From NCBI GenBank assembly GCA_028716245.1, contig JAQUQW010000001.1:549925-613924 (forward strand): a stretch of 64,000 nt of DNA. Direction: 5' to 3'. This document shows, piece after piece, positions 1 through 10,848 of this stretch (position 1 is the stretch's first letter; every line of letters starts with the position of its first letter). Below the pieces are notes generated by a model. That model was not told where the DNA came from. It did not search any database and saw only the letters and a list, made by a program, of their open reading frames with translations. Origin of the DNA: Candidatus Omnitrophota bacterium. Lineage in GTDB: Bacteria > Omnitrophota > Gorgyraeia > Gygaellales > Profunditerraquicolaceae. The position numbers and the translations under genes were made by a program.

Positions 1-2007
<2,007 letters not shown>

Positions 2008-2280
2008 CTAGAATACAATTCGAAAATCGCGGAATTCACCGCTTGCCGGCTTCCATTCTATATGCACATCTGCGATATAGCGGGAAAAAGACTGGTTGAC
2101 CTGCTGAAGGAAGCTATCCAAAACATCCTCCTCGGCTTCCGCTACCACCTCAACCCTGGCGTCATCTAAATTCTTAGCCCAACCAAGAACCTTCTGTTGA
2201 TTTGCCATATCCTGGACAGTATAGCGAAACCCTATTCCCTGGACTCTACCCGAATAAAAAAGGTGTAGTTGTTTCTTCAT
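2008..2280 (-). CDS. acyP: acylphosphatase
   Basis: 90-aa ORF with the VQGIGFRY acylphosphatase signature. Confidence 0.8.
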   Translation of the reverse strand: MKKQLHLFYSGRVQGIGFRYTVQDMANQQKVLGWAKNLDDARVEVVAEAEEDVLDSFLQQVNQSFSRYIADVHIEWKPASGEFRDFRIVF

Positions 2281-2342
2281 ATAGCAAATTCCTTGCTCGT
2301 TTCACTCGCAAGGATTTCGTTAGATCAAAACTTAAGGTGCTC

Positions 2343-2400
2343 AAATTCGGCCAACAAACTTATGTTCGCTGTCGCTCCATAAGTTGGGGCCTCATTTAAG
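2343..2400 (-). repeat. partial, inverted copy of the 84-nt hairpin element (first hairpin only), directly after the tRNA-Pro 3-prime end
   Basis: The minus strand reads ttaaatgagg...aacttatggagcgacagcgaacataagtt...cgaattt. It shares ttaaatgag, the aactta/taagtt stem with a compensated C-to-T/G-to-A pair, and cgaattt with the full copies. The atcccgcc/ggcgggat hairpin is absent. Confidence 0.5.
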
Positions 2401-2474
2401 TCGGGGCGACAGGACTTGAACCTGTGACCTCAGCGTCCCGAACGCTGCGCTCTACCAAGCTGAGCCACGCCCCG
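2401..2474 (-). tRNA. tRNA-Pro (anticodon CGG)
   Basis: Reverse complement CGGGGCGTGGCTCAGCTTGGTAGAGCGCAGCGTTCGGGACGCTGAGGTCACAGGTTCAAGTCCTGTCGCCCCGA folds into a 74-nt cloverleaf: 7-bp acceptor stem, D-arm GCTC/GAGC, anticodon stem CAGCG/CGCTG with loop TTCGGGA, T-arm ACAGG/CCTGT. CCA is not encoded. Confidence 0.9.
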
Positions 2475-2528
2475 TATTAATTAAATAAGTATATCAGAAA
2501 TTTAGAGTATGCGCAATAATAGAAAGGA

Positions 2529-3104
2529 TTAAGCGGGATTCTTTTTGGCGAGGATATCAAATTCCACGTTCAACTTATCCGCAGGACCCTTAAAATTTAA
2601 AGTTGTATTCTTAAGGGTATGCGGAATAATACAAACATTAATGATATTGGCGCGCGCGCCGGCTAAGGTTAAGCTGATCCCATCCAGGGCAATTGACCCT
2701 TTAGGCAGGCAATAACGCATAAAAGAGGCGGGAATTGAAATCTCAAACTCAAAGCTGCCATTACGCAAACCTTTCCTGCGCACCAGCCCCAGGCAATCGA
2801 TATGCCCCCTGACAAAATGCCCGCTGACCCGGTCTCCCACCTTAAGGCTGCGCTCAAGATTAACTTTTTGGCCGGTTTTTAATAATCCCAGGTTGGTATT
2901 TTTGCGGGTAGTATCGATGACTTCAAAACTAACCGAATTATTTCCTATAAAAACTGCGGTAAGGCATACGCCGTTAACCGCGATGCTCTCACCAATCTTG
3001 GTATCAACCAAAACTTCTTTAGCGCCAACCTCCAAGAGGGTTATCCCTGCCTGGTGAGCTATTTTTTTTACCTGCCCCAACTCTTCGACAATACCCGTAA
3101 ACAT
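2529..3104 (-). CDS. ribE: riboflavin synthase alpha subunit
   Basis: MFTGIVEELG N-terminus. I took the start as the internal ATG at 3104; the track ORF extends to 3125 and would overlap the ribD stop. Confidence 0.85.
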   Translation of the reverse strand: MFTGIVEELGQVKKIAHQAGITLLEVGAKEVLVDTKIGESIAVNGVCLTAVFIGNNSVSFEVIDTTRKNTNLGLLKTGQKVNLERSLKVGDRVSGHFVRGHIDCLGLVRRKGLRNGSFEFEISIPASFMRYCLPKGSIALDGISLTLAGARANIINVCIIPHTLKNTTLNFKGPADKLNVEFDILAKKNPA

Positions 3105-3105
3105 T

Positions 3106-4200
3106 TTAGCCAACCCTTGCCTCAATTAAAAACTCTTCATCAAAACGCCTGATCTTTAAACCGTGTAATTTTATTGCCTGGTCTACGCGCTTAACCCCGG
3201 TACCCATCACCGAAGAAACAGCGTCTTTGCCGCCGATAATCTTAGGGCTGATAAAAAATAAAATCTTATCCACCAGCTTTTCATCAAAGAGCGAGCCGAT
3301 CAAAGTCCCTCCGCCTTCGACGATAATACTGCTAATTTGTAATTGTGCCAATTTCTTAAGCGCGTCGCGTAAATTAATCTGGCCGCTTTTCTCCTTAACC
3401 TCAAGGATTTTGGCTTTTGCCGCCAGGTGCTTGCGATTTTCGGTCTCCTGGCCCGGGCGGCTGGGTAAAGTAACAATGATCACCTGGGCATCCCCTGAAA
3501 AAATATCGGAATTCTCAGGCGTACTCAAATTGCTATCGACAATTATCTTGATTAATTTTTTTTGGGAAAACCAGGTATCCAGGCGCGGGTTATCCCGTAA
3601 GACGGTATTAACCCCCACCATAATCGCGTCATAATCTTGGCGTAATTTATGCGCAAAACTCCGGGACTTATCGGAAGTAATCCATTTAGAGTCCCCGGTG
3701 CGCGTGGCGATCCGTCCATCCAAAGACTGGCCGACTTTTACCGTAATAAACGGAACCCTGGTCGTAATATATTTTATAAAACTCTCATTAATTTTTTTTA
3801 GTTGATCCTCTAAAAACCCCGCTCTTACTTTAATATTACTTTGCTTAAGCAACATCAGGCCCCGGCCATTATTCAAGGGGTTAGGATCAATCATCCCGAC
3901 AACCACTTCTTTTATGCCGCTTTCAATTATCCGGTTAACACAAGGCGCAGTTCTGCCGGTATGGGCGCAGGGCTCAAGAGTAACATAGAGAGTTGCCCCT
4001 CTTGCTTTATTTCCCGCTTCATCCAGAGCAATAATCTCCGCGTGCGCCAGCCCGGCTTTAGCATGAAAACCCCGTCCGACAATCTTGCCGGCCTTTACTA
4101 CCAATGAGCCGACCAAAGGATTGGGGGAGGTTTTTCCTTTTGCTTTAAGCGCTAACTTTAAAGCTAATCCCATATAATATTCATCCGTACGTTTAATCAT
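3106..4200 (-). CDS. ribD: bifunctional diaminohydroxyphosphoribosylaminopyrimidine deaminase / 5-amino-6-(5-phosphoribosylamino)uracil reductase
   Basis: 364 aa with the CMP/dCMP deaminase zinc motif HAEIIAL...PCAHTGRTAPC and a C-terminal reductase domain. Confidence 0.9.
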   Translation of the reverse strand: MIKRTDEYYMGLALKLALKAKGKTSPNPLVGSLVVKAGKIVGRGFHAKAGLAHAEIIALDEAGNKARGATLYVTLEPCAHTGRTAPCVNRIIESGIKEVVVGMIDPNPLNNGRGLMLLKQSNIKVRAGFLEDQLKKINESFIKYITTRVPFITVKVGQSLDGRIATRTGDSKWITSDKSRSFAHKLRQDYDAIMVGVNTVLRDNPRLDTWFSQKKLIKIIVDSNLSTPENSDIFSGDAQVIIVTLPSRPGQETENRKHLAAKAKILEVKEKSGQINLRDALKKLAQLQISSIIVEGGGTLIGSLFDEKLVDKILFFISPKIIGGKDAVSSVMGTGVKRVDQAIKLHGLKIRRFDEEFLIEARVG

Positions 4201-5011
4201 TTTTTAGCCCGCGAAGTTTTTCTACCAGTTCAAACGGTATTTTAACCATACCCAGCTTTATATCCGGTTTTGCGCTGCCGTGAAAATCACTGCCTCCGCT
4301 AACCGCAAGATTAAGTTTCTTAGCTAATTCCAAATAAAAATTAACCAGCGATTGGGAATGTTCGGGGTAATAAATCTCTATTCCCTGTAAGCCATATCCT
4401 GCGAATTCAGTAATCAAAGCGTCATTACGCAGTAAATAGGGATGCGCCAAAACAGCCACCCCGCCGGCATCTTTAATCATTTTTATCGCCTCCTGCACGG
4501 AAAGATAAAAACCCAAAACATAGGCCGGGGACCTGTCCCCTATATATTTACGAAATGCCTCGGGGATATTGGCGACATGGCCCTCTTTGACTAATGCCCG
4601 GGCAATATGCATCCGGCCCACCGTAGATTCTCCGGAAATGCCAAAAACAGTATTGGCATCAAGATTAACTCCCAATCCTGCTAAATTTTTTACGATTTTA
4701 TACACCCGCTCAACACGGTTTTCCCGTAATGAAATTAATTTTCTAAGCAACGCCTTATTTCGATAATCCAGGAAATACCCGAGTATATGTATCTCCTGGC
4801 CTTCATGTCGGGCGGTCAATTCAATCCCGGGAATAATTTCCAGATCTTTACCTTCTGCTTCAGCTATTGAGGCAGAAATCGCATCCACGGTATCGTGATC
4901 AACTATGGCAATTGCCGAAAGCTTACGTTTGATACTTTCCTTGACTAATTGCGCCGGCCCAAATGTACCGTCGCTAGCCAAAGTATGCACGTGCAAATCA
5001 GCGTATTTCAT
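4193..5011 (-). CDS. PHP-domain phosphoesterase (TrpH/YciV-like)
   Basis: N-terminal DLHVHTLASDG metal-binding PHP signature, 272 aa. Overlaps the ribD start by 8 nt and the nusB stop by 4 nt. Confidence 0.7.
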   Translation of the reverse strand: MKYADLHVHTLASDGTFGPAQLVKESIKRKLSAIAIVDHDTVDAISASIAEAEGKDLEIIPGIELTARHEGQEIHILGYFLDYRNKALLRKLISLRENRVERVYKIVKNLAGLGVNLDANTVFGISGESTVGRMHIARALVKEGHVANIPEAFRKYIGDRSPAYVLGFYLSVQEAIKMIKDAGGVAVLAHPYLLRNDALITEFAGYGLQGIEIYYPEHSQSLVNFYLELAKKLNLAVSGGSDFHGSAKPDIKLGMVKIPFELVEKLRGLKND

Positions 5012-5424
5012 TTTTCTTTCTCAATTTTTACTTGGTCCAAAATGGCGTTGACAAATTTTCCGGACTCAAGGCCGGAATATTTCTTGGCCAACTCCACAGC
5101 TTCGTTGATGGCAACCTTAGGCGGAATATCCTGCCGAAACAAGAGTTCAAAACAACCCAGGCGCATAATATTGCGGTCCACAAATGCCATACGTTCAAGC
5201 TGCCAGTTGGCCGCGTATTTGCTGATCTTTTTATCAATCTCCTGCATATGGTTGACTACCCCGCCAAGCAGTTCCGCGGAAAAATCCTTAAGTTCACCGG
5301 GAATATCATCCCGCTCATTACTCAGCCAGAAATTTTCCAAAGTTTCCTGCCAATTACCGCGGGTAATCTCCACCTGGTAAAGCATTTGCAACACATATTC
5401 ACGCGCTTTAGTCCGTTTTCTCAT
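5008..5424 (-). CDS. nusB: transcription antitermination factor NusB
   Basis: MRKRTKAREYVLQMLYQ... is a typical NusB N-terminus. I chose the ATG at 5424; the track ORF start at 5454 lies inside the repeat element. There is no SD before the ATG. Confidence 0.85.
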   Translation of the reverse strand: MRKRTKAREYVLQMLYQVEITRGNWQETLENFWLSNERDDIPGELKDFSAELLGGVVNHMQEIDKKISKYAANWQLERMAFVDRNIMRLGCFELLFRQDIPPKVAINEAVELAKKYSGLESGKFVNAILDQVKIEKEK

Positions 5425-5516
5425 TAAATGAGCGCTTAAGTTATGGAGATGCATGTTGAATGTATCGACATAACTTAATGCGCGAATTTATCCCGCCGAA
5501 TAATTTGAGGCGGGAT
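5424..5516 (-). repeat. two-hairpin intergenic element, copy 1 (variant with a compensated stem and a larger loop)
   Basis: ttaaatgagcgcttaagttatg...cataacttaatgcgcgaatttatcccgccgaataatttgaggcgggat. It lies between the ribH stop and the nusB ATG, and the nusB ATG directly abuts it. Confidence 0.8.
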
Positions 5517-5523
5517 CAAGTTA

Positions 5524-5991
5524 TTATTTTAGCTGTCCTGATAAATTGATCATCTCAATAGCCGAAAGAGCCGCGTCCCTGCCCTTGTTGCCATCTTTAG
5601 AACCTGCGCGTTCTACCGCCTGTTCGATGCTATCGGCGGTAATTATACCAAAGATAACCGGTAAGTTGCAATCCAAAGATACCTTGGCAACGCCTTTGGC
5701 GACTTCCGAAGCGATATAATCAAAATGCGGAGTTGCCCCGCGGATCACCGTGCCCAAACAAATCAAAGCATCAAATGATTTTGTTTTAGCCATTTTCTGG
5801 GCAACCAGCGGAACCTCAAATGCTCCCGGAACCCAGGCTACCGTAATATCTTTTTCTTCGGCGCCATGCCTGATCAAAGTATCAACGCAGCCGCTGACCA
5901 GCTCTTTGGTCATGAAATCATTAAACCGGGAAGCCACCAAACCAAAACTCTGCCCCTTTGCCAACAGCTTACCTTCAATTACCTTTACCAT
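5524..5991 (-). CDS. ribH: 6,7-dimethyl-8-ribityllumazine synthase
   Basis: 155 aa in the lumazine synthase family (GAFEVP...[14 protein letters not shown]). Confidence 0.9.
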   Translation of the reverse strand: MVKVIEGKLLAKGQSFGLVASRFNDFMTKELVSGCVDTLIRHGAEEKDITVAWVPGAFEVPLVAQKMAKTKSFDALICLGTVIRGATPHFDYIASEVAKGVAKVSLDCNLPVIFGIITADSIEQAVERAGSKDGNKGRDAALSAIEMINLSGQLK

Positions 5992-6004
5992 GTTTCCTCC
6001 CTTG

Positions 6005-7213
6005 TTAAAGTTCCAACTGATGCCCTAGTTTCTCTTTTTTTGTTTTTAAATATTTATAATTTTCCGCGTTGGGCGCGATCTCTAAAGGCAGGCGCTCGGA
6101 AACCTCCAGGCCATAACCTTCCAGACCCACAATCTTGCGCGGATTATTCGTTAACAACCTGATCTTTTTAACCCCTAAATCTACCAGGATCTGGGCTCCG
6201 ATCCCGTAATCGCGCAGGTCAGCCTTATGCCCTAATGCTTCATTGGCTTGGACCGTATCCATTCCCTTATCCTGAAGATTGTACGCGCGTATCTTCTCAA
6301 CCAATCCAATCCCCCTGCCCTCCTGGTTCATATAAAGGATTATCCCTTTTTTCTCGCGGGCAATAATCTGCATGGCTTTCTCTAACTGCCGGCCGCAGTC
6401 ACAGCGTAATGAACCAAAAACATCTCCGGTTAAACACTCTGAATGCACGCGCACCAATATCGATTCATCAAACCCGCTCCCCATGCACAAAGCAATATGG
6501 GTTTGGCCATTGGTTTTATCGCGATAAATAGTTAACTTAAATTCTCCGAATTTTGTGGGCAATTTAGTCTGGACAACCGCTTCCACTAATTTTTCTCTCC
6601 TGCGGCGATATTCAATCAGGCTGGCAATAGTGCAGATCTTTAAACTATGCTTTTTGGCAAACTCCCGAAGCTGCGGCAGGCGGGCCATGGTCCCGTCATC
6701 ATTCATAATCTCACAAATCACTCCGGCAGGATAAAGCCCGGCCAGGCGCATTAAATCCAGGCTGGCTTCAGTATGCCCTGCCCTGACTAAAACCCCGCCC
6801 AGGTGGGAACGTAAAGGGAAAATATGCCCCGGACGAATTAGATCCTCCGGCTTAGCTTGAGGATTAATTAAAACTTCAATTGTCTTAGCCCGGTCATGAG
6901 CCGAAATTCCCGTAGTTATCCCGTGAGCCGCGTCCACTGAAATCATCCAGGCAGTTTTAAAAGGATCTTCTTTGGAAGCTGCCAGGGTATTCTTAAGCAT
7001 CGGGTCAAGCTCCAGGAAGCGCAGCCTTTCCTCCTCCATTGGAACACAAATAAGCCCCCGGCCGAATTTAGCCATAAAGTTTATATCTTCAGGCTTGACG
7101 CTTGAGGCAGCCATCACTAAATCACCCTCATTTTCGCGGTCCTCATCATCAATGACGACCACCATCTTACCGGCTTTTAAATCTTCGATAATTTCTGGAA
7201 TGGTGTTAAACAT
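6005..7213 (-). CDS. ribBA: bifunctional 3,4-dihydroxy-2-butanone-4-phosphate synthase / GTP cyclohydrolase II
   Basis: 402 aa: an N-terminal DHBP synthase domain and a C-terminal GTP cyclohydrolase II domain with the CxCxRQ zinc motif (CDCGRQ). Confidence 0.9.
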   Translation of the reverse strand: MFNTIPEIIEDLKAGKMVVVIDDEDRENEGDLVMAASSVKPEDINFMAKFGRGLICVPMEEERLRFLELDPMLKNTLAASKEDPFKTAWMISVDAAHGITTGISAHDRAKTIEVLINPQAKPEDLIRPGHIFPLRSHLGGVLVRAGHTEASLDLMRLAGLYPAGVICEIMNDDGTMARLPQLREFAKKHSLKICTIASLIEYRRRREKLVEAVVQTKLPTKFGEFKLTIYRDKTNGQTHIALCMGSGFDESILVRVHSECLTGDVFGSLRCDCGRQLEKAMQIIAREKKGIILYMNQEGRGIGLVEKIRAYNLQDKGMDTVQANEALGHKADLRDYGIGAQILVDLGVKKIRLLTNNPRKIVGLEGYGLEVSERLPLEIAPNAENYKYLKTKKEKLGHQLEL

Positions 7214-7228
7214 AAGTTATCCGCTCAA

Positions 7229-7256
7229 TAAAAAACCCGAAAACAGAATCTTCGGG
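7229..7256 (-). terminator. Rho-independent terminator/attenuator between the FMN aptamer and ribBA
   Basis: Minus strand CCCGAAGATTCTGTTTTCGGG followed by TTTTTTATT. Confidence 0.7.
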
Positions 7257-7271
7257 CGTATTGATTTTAAT

Positions 7272-7490
7272 CTTCTCTCATCTGGACTTTCCCATATAGA
7301 AGCAACACCCCGCGCTAAATGGAATCACGCGGGTGTCCATCTGCATGGACCATCGGCCCTGGAATCTCACCAGATCTGCGGGCGCCTGCATCTTTGCGCC
7401 TGCTCGCGGGCTTTTCACTTGGCGCTATTAGGAAGCGCCGGTGCGCGCTTGTTGCGCGACCGCCGGTAAGGATTTACACCTTGCCCTAAA
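7272..7490 (-). promoter_or_regulatory. FMN riboswitch (RFN element) aptamer
   Basis: Minus strand: GGGCAAGGTGTAAATCCTTACCGGCGGT...CCAAGTGAAAAGCCCGCGAGC...GCAGATCTGGTGAGATTCCAGGGCCGATGGT...AGTCCAGATGAGAGAAG. These match the conserved RFN blocks. The element is GC-rich relative to its surroundings and lies upstream of ribBA. Confidence 0.9.
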
Positions 7491-7505
7491 GATTAATTGT
7501 CTATT

Positions 7506-7555
7506 ATTTTAACAGAAAAACTAGCCTTGTCAACACAATTAAAAACGATTATAAT
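7506..7555. promoter_or_regulatory. face-to-face divergent sigma70-like promoters sharing the -35 region
   Basis: Plus strand: TTGTCA (7527-7532), 17-nt spacer, TATAAT (7550-7555), then ATG at 7556. Minus strand: TTGACA (revcomp of 7528-7533), 16-nt spacer, TAAAAT (revcomp of 7506-7511), driving the riboswitch. Confidence 0.6.
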
Positions 7556-8038
7556 ATGGTTATGTTCGACAAAATCCTAAAACAGGTGCATAAAAAATTA
7601 CTTAGGAATGAAAAAACCATCGCCGTTGCTGAATCCTGCAGCGGAGGACTGCTCTCTTACCTCTTAACTGATATCTCCGGCTCTTCCGGATACTTTCTTT
7701 TAGGGGTAGTTGCCTACAGCAACAGTTCCAAGGAAATAATCTTGAATATTCCCGCCCAAACAATCGCCAGATACACAGCAGTATCCAGCCAGGTAGCGGT
7801 ATTAATGGCAAAAAATGTCCGCAAAAAAGCAAAATCCGACTTGGCCTTAAGCATAACCGGGATTGCCGGGCCAACGGGAGCAACCGCGAATAAGCCCGCA
7901 GGCACTGTCTTCATCTGCCTGTCCGATAAAAACAAAAACGACTGCCGGAAATTTTCATTCCGAGGCAGCCGCCAGGATATCCGTAAAAAATCCGCACAAG
8001 AGGCTCTACGTTTATTATGCGCGCGTTTATCGCTATAG
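7556..8038 (+). CDS. CinA C-terminal domain / nicotinamide-nucleotide amidohydrolase PncC-like
   Basis: AVAESCSGGLLS motif, 160 aa. The transcript is probably leaderless; the second ATG at 7562 may be the true start. Confidence 0.75.
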   Translation: MVMFDKILKQVHKKLLRNEKTIAVAESCSGGLLSYLLTDISGSSGYFLLGVVAYSNSSKEIILNIPAQTIARYTAVSSQVAVLMAKNVRKKAKSDLALSITGIAGPTGATANKPAGTVFICLSDKNKNDCRKFSFRGSRQDIRKKSAQEALRLLCARLSL

Positions 8039-8589
8039 ATCTTCCTTCAAATATCAAAAATGCTATTTCTAAAATGCAGGATAAATTAAACACCAGCCTG
8101 CCTAAGGTCAACTGGGTTGCACCGGTTAACCTGCACCTTACTTTAAAATTCCTCGGCGAGATTTCTCCCAAACAACTGGACAGTATTAATCAAATAATTA
8201 GCCAGACAGTAAAAACAATTACTGGCTTTAAAATTAAATTGGAGTCTCTGGGAGCTTTCCCAAATGAAGCTTGCGCCCGGATAATCTGGATAGGCACCGA
8301 CCAGGCGCCCAAAGCCTTAGAACAGATTGTCGCGCAACTGGAAACCAAGCTTGCCGGACTGGGAATCCCCAAAGAAGGCCGACCCTTTCGCGCCCATATT
8401 ACTATCGGCCGCATTAAACACCGCCTTAATCCTTGCGATTTAGAGAAGGGAATTGATCAGGTAAAAAACGATGTGGTTTATGAAAATTTGGAATTTAACA
8501 CCCGGGGAATTACTTTATTTCAGAGTACGCTGGGTAAGGAATGTCCAACTTATACTGTCTTAAAAGAAACTAGCTTTAAAATTACCTGA
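8017..8589 (+). CDS. thpR: RNA 2',3'-cyclic phosphodiesterase (2'-5' RNA ligase family, ThpR/LigT)
   Basis: Two H-x-T-x motifs (HLTLKF and HITIGR), 190 aa. Confidence 0.8.
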   Translation: MRAFIAIDLPSNIKNAISKMQDKLNTSLPKVNWVAPVNLHLTLKFLGEISPKQLDSINQIISQTVKTITGFKIKLESLGAFPNEACARIIWIGTDQAPKALEQIVAQLETKLAGLGIPKEGRPFRAHITIGRIKHRLNPCDLEKGIDQVKNDVVYENLEFNTRGITLFQSTLGKECPTYTVLKETSFKIT

Positions 8590-9029
8590 ACTACGATATT
8601 GGCATAGATCCCGGCGATCAAATCATCAACCATCACCCCAACTGAGCCGTGCAAATTCTGCAGCCTTCCGGCAGGATAGGGCTTAAAGGTATCCAGGATC
8701 CGAAAAATTACAAAAGCCAGAACAACTATTTTCAAATCCGCCGGCAGAAAACTAAGGGCAATAAGCATGCCCATCACTTCATCAATAACCACACAGCTGG
8801 GGTCCTTCTTATTCAACAATTTCTCCATCCGGCCGCTGGTAAATAGCCCCAAAACTATTATACAAAGGATACCTAAAAAATAGACCGGCCGACCAGACCC
8901 TTGAAGTAAATAAAACAAACCGACCCCGGCAATACTGCCGAATGTCCCCGGGATCAAAGGCAAATAGCCGATAAAAAAAACCGAAGCTATTGCTTTAACC
9001 AGAAAATTTCCCAAGTTGTTCAACTTCAT
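8550..9029 (-). CDS. pgpA: phosphatidylglycerophosphatase A
   Basis: FFIGYLPLIPGTFGS PgpA signature, 159 aa. Its 3-prime end overlaps thpR convergently by 40 nt. Confidence 0.8.
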   Translation of the reverse strand: MKLNNLGNFLVKAIASVFFIGYLPLIPGTFGSIAGVGLFYLLQGSGRPVYFLGILCIIVLGLFTSGRMEKLLNKKDPSCVVIDEVMGMLIALSFLPADLKIVVLAFVIFRILDTFKPYPAGRLQNLHGSVGVMVDDLIAGIYANIVVQVILKLVSFKTV

Positions 9030-9604
9030 AGGCGGGTAATTACCTTACGATTTTCCCAAAGATATGACAAACCGGAATAAAGAGTAAGTCCTACGGTAAT
9101 TAACATCAGGAAAAAGATCCCCTGGCGGAAGACCTTTTCCCATCCGGGATTCCAGGTATAATATTGCAGCACGATTTCTTTAAACACGATAAAACCAAGA
9201 ATAGCAAAAATGACGGTCATTTGTAAAACAGTTTTATGTTTACCTGCCCGGCCGGCGGATAAGACCTTGCCTTTATTTAAAGCAAATAGGCGTAAGGAAG
9301 TAATCAGGATTTCCCGCGAAACAATAATCACAAACATCCAGGCATCGATTAACTGCAGCTGGACAAATACCGCAAAAGCAGCCAGGACCAGGATTTTATC
9401 GGCGATCGGATCCATCAGCCTGCCGAAATCCGTGACCATATTCCTGCGCTGGGCAATCATGCCGTCAAACAAATCGGATAAGGCGGCCAAGGTAAAAACT
9501 ACCAGGCTAAGCACTTTAAACCAGAGCCCATGGCAAAACAAAAAAAACATAAACACAAAAGTCAATAAGATCCGCGACACAGTAAGGCGATTGGCAAGAT
9601 TCAT
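9026..9604 (-). CDS. pgsA: CDP-diacylglycerol--glycerol-3-phosphate 3-phosphatidyltransferase
   Basis: CDP-alcohol phosphatidyltransferase motif DLFDGMIAQR...G...D...D, 192 aa. Confidence 0.8.
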   Translation of the reverse strand: MNLANRLTVSRILLTFVFMFFLFCHGLWFKVLSLVVFTLAALSDLFDGMIAQRRNMVTDFGRLMDPIADKILVLAAFAVFVQLQLIDAWMFVIIVSREILITSLRLFALNKGKVLSAGRAGKHKTVLQMTVIFAILGFIVFKEIVLQYYTWNPGWEKVFRQGIFFLMLITVGLTLYSGLSYLWENRKVITRL

Positions 9605-10848
9605 AGTTTTAATTCCCCCGCTAAGTCATACTCTAAAGTATCGGTAATTTTGGCCTTCACAAATTCACCTTCTAAAAGCCGCTTCTTACTATTCACATAA
9701 ACCATTCCGTCTACCTCCGGGGCATCTGCCTGGCTGCGGCCGATATATACGCCATCCTGTTTTTCTTCAACAAGGACTGAGATAGTTTTGCCTAAAAACC
9801 TGGAATTTAATTCCGCGGCTATTTTCTGCTGCGCCGACATAATCGCCGCAAACCTCTCCTGCTTAAGCTTGCGGGGAATTTGCCCTTTAAAGCTGTAGGC
9901 CGCAGTTCCTTCTTCCCGGGAATAAATAAAAACCCCTAACCTATCAAATTTTACCTCTTTAACGAATTCAAGCAACTCGTTAAATTCCTTCTTTGTTTCC
10001 GAAGGAAAACCTGCGATCAGCGAAGTGCGCAAACAAACACCGGGAATTTCCTTCCTGATCTTGCCGATTAAAGATACGATTTCCTGCTTGGTAATTTTAC
10101 GATTCATCAGCTTCAGGATACGGTCATTGATATGCTGTATGGGCAAATCAATATATTTACATACCCGTTTACAAGAAGCGATTAACTCCAGCAGTTCATC
10201 GGTAATACGTTCGGGATTTAAATACAAAAGCCGAATCCAGCCGATATCAGGCGAATTCTTGATTATTTTTTTTAAAAGCCCGGCTAACTGGCTTGCCCCG
10301 CCAAGATCTACGCCAAACCCGGTTATATCCTGGCCGATGATATTAAGCTCTGAAATTTTCTCCCGGTTAAAACGCCTGACTTTTTGAATTATTACTTCTT
10401 CATCCAGGCTTACCAGTTTACCTTTAATCTTAGGGATTACACAATAGCTGCACTTATTCAGACAGCCTTCACATATTTTTAGATAAGCGTAGTGCTTAGG
10501 AGTTAGAGCAAACCTTAATTGTTGCTGGTTTGGCCCCGGCGTTCCCACAAAAGCATCAACTTCGGGCAGCTGGTTTTTTAAATCCTTATAACGCTGCGCC
10601 AGGCATCCGTGAACAATTATTTTTTTAAGCTTTCCTTGCTTTTTTAGCTCGATCAGCTCAAGGATAGCATCAACTGACTCACGTTTTGCTTCTTCAATAA
10701 AAGCACAGGTATTTACTAAAACTACCTGTGCGTCTTTTAAGTCATCAACAATAGAATAGCCCTTAGAACTAAGCCGTCCAAGTATGTTTTCAGCGTCTAC
10801 CAGATTCCTGGGGCAGCCTAGACTTAATACCCCTAATTTCTGCTTCAT
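9601..10848 (-). CDS. rimO: radical-SAM methylthiotransferase, ribosomal protein S12 methylthiotransferase RimO-like
   Basis: LGCPRNLVDAE N-terminus, LTPKHYAYLKICEGCLNKCSYC radical-SAM motif and a C-terminal TRAM domain. Confidence 0.75.
   Translation of the reverse strand: MKQKLGVLSLGCPRNLVDAENILGRLSSKGYSIVDDLKDAQVVLVNTCAFIEEAKRESVDAILELIELKKQGKLKKIIVHGCLAQRYKDLKNQLPEVDAFVGTPGPNQQQLRFALTPKHYAYLKICEGCLNKCSYCVIPKIKGKLVSLDEEVIIQKVRRFNREKISELNIIGQDITGFGVDLGGASQLAGLLKKIIKNSPDIGWIRLLYLNPERITDELLELIASCKRVCKYIDLPIQHINDRILKLMNRKITKQEIVSLIGKIRKEIPGVCLRTSLIAGFPSETKKEFNELLEFVKEVKFDRLGVFIYSREEGTAAYSFKGQIPRKLKQERFAAIMSAQQKIAAELNSRFLGKTISVLVEEKQDGVYIGRSQADAPEVDGMVYVNSKKRLLEGEFVKAKITDTLEYDLAGELKL

Noticed and set aside
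5430-5454. The longer ORF-track N-termini of nusB (from 5454), rplS (from 53846) and coaE (from 43191).
   Set aside because: The extra N-terminal residues are translated from the repeat element or from the upstream gene and have no homology. Internal ATGs give canonical protein N-termini and, for rplS and coaE, proper SD spacing.
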